DNA from: Myxococcota bacterium
GTDB taxonomy: Bacteria; Myxococcota_A; UBA796; UBA2385
DNA length: 64,000 nt
Direction of reading: 5' to 3'
Assembly: GCA_044344255.1 (NCBI GenBank)
Contig: JBIJDH010000003.1
Coordinates: 525,485-589,484, forward strand
Below are positions 11,201 through 20,621 of this stretch, one piece after another (position 1 is the stretch's first letter; each line of letters begins with the position of its first letter). Below the pieces are notes generated by a model that did not search any database, had not been told where the DNA came from, and saw only the letters and a program-made list of their open reading frames with translations. The translations under genes were made by a program, and so were the position numbers.

Positions 11201-11352
11201 AAGGTCGCCTCGGCTCCCTCAAGCGCTTCAAGGACGACGTCCGCGAAGTGGAGAAGGGCTACGAGTGCGGTCTCAGCCTGGACGGCTTCAACGACATCAA
11301 GGTGGGTGACATCGTCGAGGCCTATACCAAGGAGTCGGTCAAGGCCTTCTGA
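8218..11352 (+). CDS. infB: translation initiation factor IF-2
   Basis: [46 protein letters not shown]; long Pro/Ala-rich N-terminus. Confidence 0.97.
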   Translation: MSTKDLIERLSRTSSSRPTRPAGEPVGTDRGETQTRVNNAVIRRRKAEPEPAPPPPPPVDVRRKVVVRKRINEPEEAVSAAPAGPPARLGSPVSLRSPDPSRPVAPRGAVGPVTESPPVVEAASAGEQAPEPVGEPVVQSAPAVVAAAVEEASASVSAPVEVSATVVEAAPAVEAAPERLAVEPERPAAAPVAVEASASPVVESVAAPVVDVEPERPVVQAAPAAKVSESVRPAAPAQGAPRNDGRVPTSRPGDGRAEPGRPAAGAAPARPGAAPVGARPPRPGDIRDPRPAESAVGPSGPRAEAPRPNLPRLAARGEGSNFPGLGSAVVRPPPGYDPNDPSGNRRRAQAAAEQAKTSQPSGQQARPGGANFRDERRPGGPPGPGAGQVGPGPAGPGATVIGGGPPKEGDRRDKPAARKGAKPDGRRGRIEMDAEDLGGPSRRRRPKAKVAVRSTSPQAKQIKRRVEVDETITVAQLAHGMSVKSTQVIKALLSMGQMVTVNDSLDFDTAQLVAQEFEFEVVNSSFQEDEHLIDVEDEDTDLEPRPPVVTIMGHVDHGKTTLLDVIRDANVAGGEAGGITQHVGAYQVERNGQLITFIDTPGHEAFTAMRARGAQVTDIVVLVVAADDGVMPQTIESINHAKAAGVDIVVAINKCDKADSRPERVTQQLMEHGLVPEAYGGETMFVQVSALKKRGIDDLLDALLLVAELGDYRANPKRHGEGSVLEARLERGKGPVATIIVQHGTVEQGQCVVIGNTWGRIRALNDTKGKRIKVAGPSTPVEIMGIEDVPQAGDNFVIVASEKDAKALAEHRAEATRQSGLNVTTRVTLEDLMARGQGEAAKLSLNLIVKADVGGSLEAIRHAFSKISVEGTELKILHSAVGAVTESDVMLAHTNGGVIIGFNVRPDPKAREAADSYGVEVRTYKIVYEAIDDVQKGLRGLLGPTITEKVQGSIEIRQLFNIPKIGTIAGCFVIEGKVARNHGVRLLRDSKIVWEGRLGSLKRFKDDVREVEKGYECGLSLDGFNDIKVGDIVEAYTKESVKAF

Positions 11353-11708
11353 TGTTCCTCCCGGCGCCCGATGAGTCGATCTGGCTCGGCGTCCTGCGCA
11401 TCAGCTTCCTGGTGCCGGGGTCGCGGAGCCTCAAAGACAAGCGGCGGGTGGTGGCTCAGGTGCGAGACCGCATTCGAGCCCGGCACCAGCTGATGGCGGC
11501 GGAGGTCGGTCACCTCGATGATCACCAGTGGGCTGTGATGTCGGTGGCCTCCACCTCAAACGACGCGCGCACGCTCCGCGCGGCGCTTGAGGGCATCGCC
11601 CGCGACATCGAGGCTTGGGGTGAGGCCCGCGTCCAGACCGTGGACGTGGAGGTCTTTCGCCCCTTCTCGACGGGAGGCCCACATGTCGGCCCGCTACGGG
11701 GCGAATGA
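11352..11708 (+). CDS. DUF503/YlxP family protein
   Basis: PGSRSLKDKRRVV, AAEVGHLDDHQ; typical position after infB. Confidence 0.88.
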   Translation: MFLPAPDESIWLGVLRISFLVPGSRSLKDKRRVVAQVRDRIRARHQLMAAEVGHLDDHQWAVMSVASTSNDARTLRAALEGIARDIEAWGEARVQTVDVEVFRPFSTGGPHVGPLRGE

Positions 11709-12228
11709 GGTCTGTGGGTGTGGCTCGGGCCTGAAGTACAAGCGGTGCTGCCAGCCCGCTCACCTCGGGCGGCCGGCCTCGGAGCCGGTCGCGCTCATGC
11801 GGTCCCGGTACTGCGCCTATCGCTTCGGTCTGGTCGACTATCTGATCGACACGACAGACCCGAGGGGACCAGCGGTGCGTGGCGACCGATCGGCCTGGCG
11901 AGCGGAGATCGGGGAGTTCGTGCGGACGACCGCGCTGCTCGGCCTGACGGTTGAGGCCTCTGGATGCGGTGAGGAGGATGGCTGGGTGCGGTTCGCGGTG
12001 CGCATCCGCCAAGGTGACGGAGAGGCCACCTACGCTGAAGAGAGTCAGTTTCGCCGGATCGATGGGCGCTGGCTCTACCACAGCGGCGCGCTGACCGAAC
12101 GACGCGGCGACGGCTCAGTCGGGACAGGAGATGTCCCCGAGCGGGTCGGCCAGGACCCGTTGGGCCAGCGGCGGCAGGGCGAAGGCGCCACAGGGCCCGC
12201 CCGAGGCGGACGAGAGCGCCCGGGCTGA
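11683..12228 (+). CDS. ychJ: YchJ family SEC-C motif protein
   Basis: CGCGSGLKYKRCC, ALMRSRYCAY, ESQFRRIDGRWLY; GGAGG RBS. Confidence 0.88.
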   Translation: MSARYGANEVCGCGSGLKYKRCCQPAHLGRPASEPVALMRSRYCAYRFGLVDYLIDTTDPRGPAVRGDRSAWRAEIGEFVRTTALLGLTVEASGCGEEDGWVRFAVRIRQGDGEATYAEESQFRRIDGRWLYHSGALTERRGDGSVGTGDVPERVGQDPLGQRRQGEGATGPARGGRERPG

Positions 12229-13392
12229 GGCGTACAAGGCCCCCACCTTGACCTCCGGCGTCGGCTGGATCATGCAGACCGGCGCGGCACGCTCCGGTGC
12301 CGGGCCAGGGAGGGCGACCGCGACAGCGCCCGGTGGGGGGAGGTCGATGTTCAGGCGCACCGCCGGCCAGCGCAGCGCGGGGCTCAGAGGGCCCCAGATG
12401 GAGGGGGCCCGACCGACGAGCGCCACGCGGCGGACCCGGTGGGTGAGGAGGAGCTCGAGCACAGGCTCGAGGGAGGCGAAGGGGGCGGACTCGTCCCAGG
12501 CCAGGGCGACGGTGGCGCGGGCGACGTGTGCCCAGCGGGCGTGTGCCTTCGGGACGCACTGGGCCACCTCCTTGCGGGGCGAGGCAGGGTGGCCCAGAGC
12601 GACGAGCTGCTCCGCGAGGGGCCCTCGGTGTGGATCGAGCAGGTCGGCCGAGACCCCGGTCCCCGGCGCCGTAAGGCTCAGCGGGGTTCCGGTGTCCGGC
12701 AGGTCAAGGTCCATCGTCCGGAGGAGAGGCCCGAGGGGCGACGCGGCGCACCAGGCCTGGCCCGCGCAGAGCGAGAGCAGCAGCAAGGCCTCGCGGCGGC
12801 TCGGGCCGGCGCCCCCCCTCCACCGACCGATCAGGAGGCCGAGCCCCGCGCCGATGAAGGGCAGGAGCGCCAGCGGGGGCAGGGCGAGGCTGAGGTTGAC
12901 GCCACGCTGCGTGTCGCCGACGAACAGCGCCCGATCGATCGCCTCGAGCAGGGGCGGCGCGAGGCCGAGGGCGGCGAGCCCGCCGACGGCGGCGCCCCCT
13001 GCGGACAGGGCGCGGCGACCACCGAGGCAGATCGTGGTGAGGGCGGCGCCGAGGAGGAGCCAGGCCGGCCCGAGCGTCGCCGTTTGGGCGAGCGAGAGCA
13101 GCCCGCTGACGGGAAAGGCCGTGTCTAGCCATGTCGCGTCCAGCAGCGCGATCCGGTCACTCCAGAGGCGCGCCCCGGCCGCCGGCGCGAGCCAGCAGAG
13201 CGACATCAGGGCGATGCGGGCGCCGGGGGAGGGATCGCGATCGGTGATGTGATCGCAGAGCCAGGTGGAGGAGAGGGCCAGGATCGGCGCTCCCCAAGCG
13301 AAGCTCGCAGATGGACCGCCGCGTTGAACGGCCGGAATTGCGACGAGGGCGAAGATCACCGTGGCGAGCAGGGGTCGGAGTCGGCGTGACAT
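12115..13392 (-). CDS. hypothetical multi-pass membrane protein with a soluble C-terminal domain
   Basis: Several hydrophobic helices in the N-terminal half; divergent from 13414. Confidence 0.6.
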   Translation of the reverse strand: MSRRLRPLLATVIFALVAIPAVQRGGPSASFAWGAPILALSSTWLCDHITDRDPSPGARIALMSLCWLAPAAGARLWSDRIALLDATWLDTAFPVSGLLSLAQTATLGPAWLLLGAALTTICLGGRRALSAGGAAVGGLAALGLAPPLLEAIDRALFVGDTQRGVNLSLALPPLALLPFIGAGLGLLIGRWRGGAGPSRREALLLLSLCAGQAWCAASPLGPLLRTMDLDLPDTGTPLSLTAPGTGVSADLLDPHRGPLAEQLVALGHPASPRKEVAQCVPKAHARWAHVARATVALAWDESAPFASLEPVLELLLTHRVRRVALVGRAPSIWGPLSPALRWPAVRLNIDLPPPGAVAVALPGPAPERAAPVCMIQPTPEVKVGALYASARALSSASGGPCGAFALPPLAQRVLADPLGDISCPD

Positions 13393-13413
13393 CGCAATAT
13401 CATCCCGCTTCCC

Positions 13414-14973
13414 ATGACCGCTCCGCCGCCCGTCCTGTCTTTGCCTCCTCGTTGGCCTCGCCGCGTCGGCTTCGCGCTGTTGGCGGCCATCGCGGTGCTC
13501 CTCGGAATTCGTTTCGGCGCTGTCGCGCAGGATGACGCGTTTATATCCTTTCGATACGCCGATAACCTCTTGAGGGGGCTCGGCTTCGTCTACAACCCGG
13601 GTGAAGCGGTCGAGGGCTATTCGAACCTGCTCTGGACCTTGCTCGTCGCCGCGGCGATGGCCTGCGGGGCGGATCCCGTGATGGCGACGGTCGTGATGGG
13701 GCTCTCGAGCCTCGTCGCCGGGGTCTTCCTGACGGGAGCGCTGACCAGCGCCGGTCGCCGCCGGTGGATCTCCTCACCGCTGTGGTTGGCTCTCTTGCCA
13801 CCGGCGCTGCTGGCCTTGGACGCCACGGTGGCGCTCGAGGCTGTTGAGGGCTTGGAGACGGTCTTCTACATGGCTCTGGTCACCGCCGCGACCTGGCTCT
13901 CCCTCGAGGAGCGCTGGGTGAGCGCCGGTGACGGGTGGGGTGGGCATCGCGGCTCGGCGGTGCTCTTCGGGGTCGCGACGCTGACCCGCCCGGAGGCGCC
14001 CTACCTCTTTGCCCTCGTCCAGGGGGGGCTCTTGATCGACGCTGCCCTGCGCGGAGACCTCCGTCGGCGATGGCGCCCGAGCGTCGGCGCCGGGGCGGTG
14101 GTCGCCGTGTGGGTCGTCGCGCTCACCGCGTGGCGGCTCTGGGTCTACGGGGATCCGCTCCCCAACACCTTTTACGCCAAGACGGGCGGCCTCGCGATTG
14201 GGAGGGGGCTGGCCTACCTCGGGGCCCACATGGCCACTCACCCGCTGCTGTGGCTGCTCCTTGTGCTCCGGCCGCTCCTCGGGCGGCCCAGCCGCCGCAC
14301 CCTGCCTTTGGCCTCGCTCGTGCTCGGGGTGCTCGCCTACATCCTCGCGGTGGGAGGCGACTTCAAGCCGACCGGGAGATTCATCCTCCCCATCTTGCCG
14401 GCGATGGCCGCGCTCGGCGCCGAGAGCGCGGCGCTGCTCGCGCTCGGTGAGCGGCGGCTCCAACGCCTCGTGCCGCTGGGCCTGTTGCTCCTCTTGAGCC
14501 CCTACCTGCTGGTGCTCCAGCAGGCCGACCGATGGGGAGCGGAGCGTCACGCGAACCTCGAGGCTCGCCGCACGGTGGGCCGCTTCCTCTCCGAGAACCT
14601 GCCCCCGAACACGGTCCTCGCGATCCACTCGGCGGGGGTGATCCCCTACTACGCCCGCCTCACCACCATCGACATGTGGGGCCTGACCAACCGAACCATC
14701 GCCCGGGCGCCCGCCCTCCGCTTCGGGGAGGGGCTGGCGGGACATGAGAAGAGCGACCCCGCCTACGTCTTCTCGCTTGAGCCCGATCTGTACCTGCCGG
14801 AAGACCGCGTCTTCACGCTCCAGCCCTGGAACTTGGAGGAGCTCCCGCGGGAGGCCGGCTTCCCGGCTGACTTCACCGAGCGCTACAAGGCCGTGAGCGT
14901 ACCGGTGGACGGGCGATGGCTGAACATGTGGGTGAAGCGAGGCTTCCTCAAGCAGGTCGCGGGCCGACCGTAA
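13414..14973 (+). CDS. GT-C fold membrane glycosyltransferase-like protein (AftB-like)
   Basis: DDAFISFRYADNL, YNPGEAVEGYSN, GLET, TRPE, PNTFYAK, GGDF, AGVIPYY, DMWGL; many TM helices. Confidence 0.75.
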   Translation: MTAPPPVLSLPPRWPRRVGFALLAAIAVLLGIRFGAVAQDDAFISFRYADNLLRGLGFVYNPGEAVEGYSNLLWTLLVAAAMACGADPVMATVVMGLSSLVAGVFLTGALTSAGRRRWISSPLWLALLPPALLALDATVALEAVEGLETVFYMALVTAATWLSLEERWVSAGDGWGGHRGSAVLFGVATLTRPEAPYLFALVQGGLLIDAALRGDLRRRWRPSVGAGAVVAVWVVALTAWRLWVYGDPLPNTFYAKTGGLAIGRGLAYLGAHMATHPLLWLLLVLRPLLGRPSRRTLPLASLVLGVLAYILAVGGDFKPTGRFILPILPAMAALGAESAALLALGERRLQRLVPLGLLLLLSPYLLVLQQADRWGAERHANLEARRTVGRFLSENLPPNTVLAIHSAGVIPYYARLTTIDMWGLTNRTIARAPALRFGEGLAGHEKSDPAYVFSLEPDLYLPEDRVFTLQPWNLEELPREAGFPADFTERYKAVSVPVDGRWLNMWVKRGFLKQVAGRP

Positions 14974-15592
14974 TGGAGAGGGAGGCTGCGCGGGCGCGGG
15001 CCTCGACCGACTCCACATCCCCGCGGCGGAGGCGATCGAGGGGGCGCTCGCCGAGGTTCAGATCGTGGTTAAGAAAAAAGGCAAGGGCCGACCAGTCTTG
15101 TTGACCGCCCTCTCGGAGCCGGGCCAGCACTTGGGGCAGGCCGGGGAGGGCGCCGGCCGCCTCGAACTGCCAAGAGGGGTACATCCACGCTCGCCGGCCA
15201 GGGTGGTGCACAGAGAGCAGGTGGTGGTGGCTGCGCCTCCAGTCCACGCCTTGTCTCGTGATCCCGAGGGCCGCAGCGACCTGCGCCGCGGTCCAGAGCC
15301 CGCCCTCGGCTTCGGCTAACGCTCGCCTTGCTTGGAGGGCACGGCCGCGCTCTCGAGCGGCGGGATCGGCGGGATTGGTCTGCGCAGCGGACAACGTAAA
15401 GAGCGCGGCCTCGACGTCGGACCGCTGGGAGAGCGCCTGAAGGAGCCCCTCGCGGGGCAGTCCATCCACCGCCTCCAGGCAGGCTCGGACGGTGCGCATC
15501 AGCAAGGGGAGGCGGTCCGGGCTGCGCTCGGCGACACGACAGAGCTCGGCCTGCAGGTAGCTGATGGCGCCAGCTCGCGGATCTTCGGACAC
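14948..15592 (-). CDS. HTH antitoxin-like protein (Xre/MbcA-type, RES-toxin partner class)
   Basis: GGLWTAAQVAAALGITRQGVDWRR HTH, YPSWQF, LPGLPQVL, RPLDRLRRGD. Confidence 0.65.
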   Translation of the reverse strand: MSEDPRAGAISYLQAELCRVAERSPDRLPLLMRTVRACLEAVDGLPREGLLQALSQRSDVEAALFTLSAAQTNPADPAARERGRALQARRALAEAEGGLWTAAQVAAALGITRQGVDWRRSHHHLLSVHHPGRRAWMYPSWQFEAAGALPGLPQVLARLREGGQQDWSALAFFLNHDLNLGERPLDRLRRGDVESVEARARAASLSITVGPRPA

Positions 15593-15774
15593 TGGCCCCT
15601 CCGTTCGGCCAAGCGCTGTCGTGTCGCTCTTGCTGCTTCAGCCCGGCGGCCGCGCCCCAGAGGCCGAGGACATCCCGGAGGAGTATACGCGATGGAGTGG
15701 AGAAAAGATAGGCATTCTTGTGCTACGCGCGTCTGGGAGCTTGTCGACGAGGCTCCGCCGGTGCACAATGAGGT

Positions 15775-17388
15775 ATGTCGCGATCCACCCGCCCCCCCCC
15801 ATTGGCTGAGACCGCGCTCCCGAGCGGTCCGAAGTCGAAGTTTGAGTTCGACCCCATGATCGGCACCGTCGTAGCGGGCCGGTATACGGTGTTGAAGGTG
15901 ATCTCCCGGGGTGGTCTGTCGCGGGTCTACCTTGCTCTGCCGGCTGGCTCCAAGGAGCCCGTGGCGATCAAGATCCTGCTCGAAGACGACGACATCGATA
16001 ACCACGCTGAGCTCATCTCGCGGTTCCACCGGGAGGCTGCGACCCTCTCTCGGCTCTCGCATCCCAACACCGTGCGGGTGCTCGATCACGGCAAGGACCC
16101 TGGCTTTCATTGGCTGGTGATGGAGTTCGTGGCCGACACCACCCTCCAACAGCGCCTGAGGGAGGGCGCCCTCTCCCCGGCTCAGGCCGTCGAGGTGATC
16201 GAGCAAGTCTGTTGTTCTCTCGAGGAGGCACATCAGCTGGGGCTCATCCACCGTGACCTCAAGCCCACCAACATCTTCGTGAGCACGCGGGCGCAGGAGG
16301 GGGTTCGGGTCAAGCTGATGGACTTCGGCATCGCCAAGGACATCGAGGACTGTACGGGCGTCACTCGCCAGGGCGCCCTCGTCGGCACGCCCGGCTACAT
16401 GGCGCCTGAGCAGGTCATGGGCGACACCGTGGACGCCCGCACCGACGTCTACGCGCTCGGCGTGTTGCTGTATCGGATGCTGCTCGGGCGGACGCCCTTC
16501 AGCCACCTCACGGGCCCGGCCGTGCTGGTGGCCCCGCTTCGGGCCGATCCGCCTCCGTTCAACACCATCGAGCCGAACCACGGACTCCCGGACACCCTCG
16601 AGTGGACGGTGATGCGCTGCCTGGAGCGAGCCCCGAGCGCTCGCTTCGCCGACGTGACGGAGCTCCGGCGCGCCCTGCGGGTCTGCCGATACTCCCTGGC
16701 CCACCCGACCGCCTCGCTGCCCGTCTCCCTGGTTCGGGGGAGGGTCGAGGCGCCCGATCATGTGCTTGAGGGCTTCTCCACCCAGTCCACGATCCAGCGG
16801 GCCCCGATCTTGGGGGGCGCGGGTTCGCTCTCCAGCCGCGCGTCGGCGCCGTGGCGGGATCGACGGGTCCTCGCCGCGGCGGGGCTCGCTCTGCTCGTCG
16901 TTTTGGTCGGCGCGGGATGGGCGGCGCTGCACCGGGGGCGCGCCACGCCGTCGCGAGTGGATGAGACCCCCGTCGTCGCCTCACCGGCGCCGGTCGGTGT
17001 CCCCGCGTCCGCCCCAGCGGTGAAGGCCGAGTCCAGCGCCCCAGACGCTGGCCCCGTCACCCTGGCGGGCCTCACGGTCCGCGTGGTGGACGCCGGACTC
17101 CTCGTCTCCGGCCGCACGAGCGGGCCCACGGCGCCCCCCATCGGCTACGTCCTGGACGGCGCGAACGGTCGCCCCCGCTACGTCGTCAAGTTCGCGGGGG
17201 TCAAGAGCGACGGCACCCTTGCCCGAACTCCGGTGAACTCCCCGCTCGTGACCGGAGTGACTGTGACCGAGCTGGGTGAGCAGCTGATCGTCACCGTGGT
17301 GGCCGGCCCGGAGGCGCGGTGGGCGCCGCCCTCCTTCCACCCCAAGGAGGCTGGCTTCGAGGTTCTGATTACGCCCCGGGCTCCTTGA
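15775..17388 (+). CDS. Hanks-type Ser/Thr kinase with TM and C-terminal AMIN-like domain
   Basis: VAIK, HRDLKPTN, DFGIAK, GTPGYMAPEQ, DVYALG; one TM; beta-rich C-terminus. Confidence 0.9.
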   Translation: MSRSTRPPPLAETALPSGPKSKFEFDPMIGTVVAGRYTVLKVISRGGLSRVYLALPAGSKEPVAIKILLEDDDIDNHAELISRFHREAATLSRLSHPNTVRVLDHGKDPGFHWLVMEFVADTTLQQRLREGALSPAQAVEVIEQVCCSLEEAHQLGLIHRDLKPTNIFVSTRAQEGVRVKLMDFGIAKDIEDCTGVTRQGALVGTPGYMAPEQVMGDTVDARTDVYALGVLLYRMLLGRTPFSHLTGPAVLVAPLRADPPPFNTIEPNHGLPDTLEWTVMRCLERAPSARFADVTELRRALRVCRYSLAHPTASLPVSLVRGRVEAPDHVLEGFSTQSTIQRAPILGGAGSLSSRASAPWRDRRVLAAAGLALLVVLVGAGWAALHRGRATPSRVDETPVVASPAPVGVPASAPAVKAESSAPDAGPVTLAGLTVRVVDAGLLVSGRTSGPTAPPIGYVLDGANGRPRYVVKFAGVKSDGTLARTPVNSPLVTGVTVTELGEQLIVTVVAGPEARWAPPSFHPKEAGFEVLITPRAP

Positions 17389-18787
17389 GCGAGGGCCTCG
17401 GCGCGCCGCGACGCCGGCGGAGCGGGTAGAGACCCAACAAGCTGGCGAGCAGGGCCGTCGGGGCGCTCGTCTCCAGCGTGAGCTTCCCGCTCTCGCAGCC
17501 GCAGCCGGCCTTGCCGTCGTTGGCGCCCGGGCCGGTCGGATCGTCGTCCGCGGTGGGCGGGCGGTTGTCGGGCTGGGCGCTGTCGTCGGGCTGGGCGCTG
17601 TCCGTGCCGCTGTCTTCGGGCTCGGGTGCGTTGAGGTGGAGCGTGTAGGCGGCGCCGTCCTCGAGACCGGTCACGGCGATCCGCTCGCCCGCCGAGACGA
17701 CCACCGCGCTGCCCTGCTCTGCGGCCCCGCCCAGCACCACGGGACCCTCCGCGGTCACCGTGGCGGCGGCCGTGGCCCGGTAGTAGTGGCTCCCGAGCAG
17801 GGGGAGCTCGCCGGGCTGGCCGTCGACGAGGTCCACCACGGGGCTGACCGGCGTATACTCCGACCACTCCTCGAGGCTGGCGTTGCCGTATGCGCCAGTG
17901 AAGCCTCCCCACAGCTCGGCGAGGGTCGAGCCGGTGCTGAGCGGCAGCAGCGTGTCCCAGTGGGCGGCGGGGTCAGTGGAGCTGGCGGTCCAGACCGAGA
18001 GCATTCCGCCCGGGCCGGTCTTCTGTTGCTCCAACCAAGCGTTGAACACGAACATGCCGTATTCGTGTGTGGAGTCGTGGGTGTCGTAGCGTTCGTCGGC
18101 GGCCTCTGCGTACCAGGCGCTGGCGTACTGGAAGCCGTCACGATCGGGATCGGAGAGCTCGCTCGCCCAGGTCGCTGAGGCCTCCCAGTACCAGGCCTCA
18201 TTGGGGTCGGAGCCGTCCCAGGCGCGCATCGCATACTGGATGGTGTGCATGAACTCGTGGGCGGACAGGGCCCCCCAGAAATCCACCTCGGATGCCCAGT
18301 CAGGGTTTAGGTAGATCACAGGGTATCCCGAGGGGAATTCGTCTGTGTAGTAGATCGTGGTGTAGCCGGTGCCGCTGAGGCTCGGATCGAGGAGCACCCA
18401 GAGGTAATAGGTGTCGGAGGAGACTGGCGCCGTCCAGCCTCCCTCGTCGACGAAGGCCGTCCACGCTCCCTCCAAGGCCTCGCCCGCGCGCGTGGCCTGA
18501 TCTTCGGTGATGCCCGCCTCCCACCAGTTGATCGAGAAGTGCTCCGTCTCGATGTGGTGTTCGTAGGGGGAGCCGTAGATCACCCGCCCCTCGGCCGCGG
18601 CGCGGCTGCGGCCGTCGAGCTGAGGCGGCGGGAGGAGCATCCCCGGGTGCCTGGGCGCGAGATCGCCTCGGAGGGCGGAGAGGGCCTCGGGGGTCTCACA
18701 GGTGGCCGCGAAGGCGCCGTGCAGCATGGACAGAGTGAGCAAAGGCAGAGAAGACGTGGACAGAGCGAGCAGAGCTGGAGCGATCAC
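17369..18787 (-). CDS. secreted HExxH metalloprotease (MXAN_6640/DUF6055-like) with MYXO-CTERM-like tail
   Basis: GTG start with GGAGGAGG RBS; AHEFMHTIQY, WYWEASATW; tail KAGCGC...LLGLYPLRRRR. Confidence 0.8.
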   Translation of the reverse strand: MIAPALLALSTSSLPLLTLSMLHGAFAATCETPEALSALRGDLAPRHPGMLLPPPQLDGRSRAAAEGRVIYGSPYEHHIETEHFSINWWEAGITEDQATRAGEALEGAWTAFVDEGGWTAPVSSDTYYLWVLLDPSLSGTGYTTIYYTDEFPSGYPVIYLNPDWASEVDFWGALSAHEFMHTIQYAMRAWDGSDPNEAWYWEASATWASELSDPDRDGFQYASAWYAEAADERYDTHDSTHEYGMFVFNAWLEQQKTGPGGMLSVWTASSTDPAAHWDTLLPLSTGSTLAELWGGFTGAYGNASLEEWSEYTPVSPVVDLVDGQPGELPLLGSHYYRATAAATVTAEGPVVLGGAAEQGSAVVVSAGERIAVTGLEDGAAYTLHLNAPEPEDSGTDSAQPDDSAQPDNRPPTADDDPTGPGANDGKAGCGCESGKLTLETSAPTALLASLLGLYPLRRRRGAPRPSLKEPGA

Positions 18788-18980
18788 GGGGCCTCCTCCG
18801 GGTAGGGTAGCCGACCGTGCCCGGTTCGGCCGCACGCCGGTTGACCTCGGAAGCGGCTACGCTCTGGCGCGGCCGACCGCTCCGATCGGCGGTCGGCGCG
18901 AGGCCGACCCCGGCTTGAGATCGGGGTGCGGATCGGCGACGGATCGCGCCCGAGCGGCGCCAGTGAGCAGCGGAGCGGTC

Positions 18981-20621
18981 GTGTCGGAAACCTCGGAATT
19001 GGAAGTCCCTGAGACGCTGGACGGCGGTCGGTACCGCATCGAGCGGGTCATCGGCGCCGGTGGCGCGGCGAGGGTGCTGCTCGCCTTCGATACACGGATG
19101 GGGGTGCGTCGGGCGATCAAGCTCCTGCACCCGCACGTCGCCCGGTCGGAGGCCAACCGGAGCCGCTTCAAGGCCGAGGCCCACGCCCAGGCCGATCTCA
19201 AGCACGGCAACGTGTTGATGGTGCACGACGCCATCGAGGACGCGCAGGGCGTCTACCTCGTGATGGAGCTCGCAGAGAGCGACAGCCTGGGCCAGCGCGT
19301 CCAGGCCCAGGGGGCGATGCCGCTGCGCGACGTCGTGGAGGTGGGCCTGGCGATCGGCGGGGCCCTCTCGGTGGCCCACGCCTCCGGGCTCGTTCACCGA
19401 GACATCAAACCGGCCAACATCCTCGTGGACCGGCATGGGGTCTACAAGCTCGCAGACTTCGGGATCGCCCGCGCTGAGGGGCGGGAGCAGGAGCTCACCC
19501 AGGCCGGCATGGTCATGGGCACGTGGGCCTTCATGCCGCCCGAGCAGCGCGAAGACAGCCACCAGGTGGATCCTCGCTCGGACGTCTACGCCTTCGGCGT
19601 GACCCTCTACGCCCTGCTGAAGGGCCGGCACGCTCAGAGCCTGCACAACCAGGAGGCTTGGGCGGTGGCCTTCGCGGGCGTGCCCCCTGCGTTCGCCGCG
19701 ATCATCCAGCGGGCCACCCGCCTGTACCCAGAAGACCGGTACCCGGACATGTTGGCGATGGTGGCCGAGCTCCAGCGCTTCAAGGAGGCGATGGAGAGGG
19801 CCGGCGACGACCCCGGGGCCCTGCCCTCGCCCGCCCTGGCCGGGAGCGCAGGCGTTCACACGCTCGTCGGCACCACCGCGGTGCCGGCCCTCGATGACGG
19901 TAAGACCTTCCTGCCAGAGGCGATGTCGGCGCAGGGCCTCACCGGCCAGCGCCGTTCCCGCGGGCCGCTCCTGATTGGCGTCGCCGTCGGGGTGGGCCTG
20001 CTCTTCTTCCTGGGGGTCGTCGGGGCCGGGCTCGCCCTGTTGGGAGGGGAGCGAGGTGAGTCAACGGGGGCGCCCGAGGCGACGGAGGCTGCGCTCCCGG
20101 CGGCGCCCTCGGAGACCGCCGCCGCCCTGCCCGCTCCCGAGGTCGCGGGCCCCGGTGGCGCCGTCTCGGCGCCCCCACAGCCGGTCCCTGCCAGCGCTCC
20201 GACCGCGGCGGCGGCCCGGGGCGCGGCGCCGACCAGCGGGGCCGCCGCGCGCGCCGCCGCGCCGCCCGAGGCGAGCGCAGGAGCGTCGAAGGGCCCGCGG
20301 GTCATCGCGGTGATCTCGACCGATGAGGCGTCGAGCGGCGGCACGAGCCCGCCCCCGGTCGCCGACGGCGCGGCCACCACCGAGCCGATGGGGAAGGTGG
20401 TGCTGCGCACGGTGCCTAGCGGGGCGACGGTGCGGCTTCGGGGTCGCGCGCTCTCTCCGGGGGCCGGCGGAGCCTTGGAGCTGCCCGCGGGGGGGCACAC
20501 CCTTGAGCTGACCAGCCCTTCGGGGGAGAGCATCCGCGTCGCCGTCTCGGTGAGCCCCTCCGAGACCGTGCAGCTCTGCTACAACTTCGACACGAACTCC
20601 GCCTGTGCGGGTGTCCCCTGA
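18981..20621 (+). CDS. Ser/Thr kinase with TM and C-terminal PEGA-like domain
   Basis: IGAGGAARV, RAIK, HRDIKPAN, DFGIAR, GTWAFMPPEQ; RTVPSGATV. Confidence 0.9.
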   Translation: MSETSELEVPETLDGGRYRIERVIGAGGAARVLLAFDTRMGVRRAIKLLHPHVARSEANRSRFKAEAHAQADLKHGNVLMVHDAIEDAQGVYLVMELAESDSLGQRVQAQGAMPLRDVVEVGLAIGGALSVAHASGLVHRDIKPANILVDRHGVYKLADFGIARAEGREQELTQAGMVMGTWAFMPPEQREDSHQVDPRSDVYAFGVTLYALLKGRHAQSLHNQEAWAVAFAGVPPAFAAIIQRATRLYPEDRYPDMLAMVAELQRFKEAMERAGDDPGALPSPALAGSAGVHTLVGTTAVPALDDGKTFLPEAMSAQGLTGQRRSRGPLLIGVAVGVGLLFFLGVVGAGLALLGGERGESTGAPEATEAALPAAPSETAAALPAPEVAGPGGAVSAPPQPVPASAPTAAAARGAAPTSGAAARAAAPPEASAGASKGPRVIAVISTDEASSGGTSPPPVADGAATTEPMGKVVLRTVPSGATVRLRGRALSPGAGGALELPAGGHTLELTSPSGESIRVAVSVSPSETVQLCYNFDTNSACAGVP

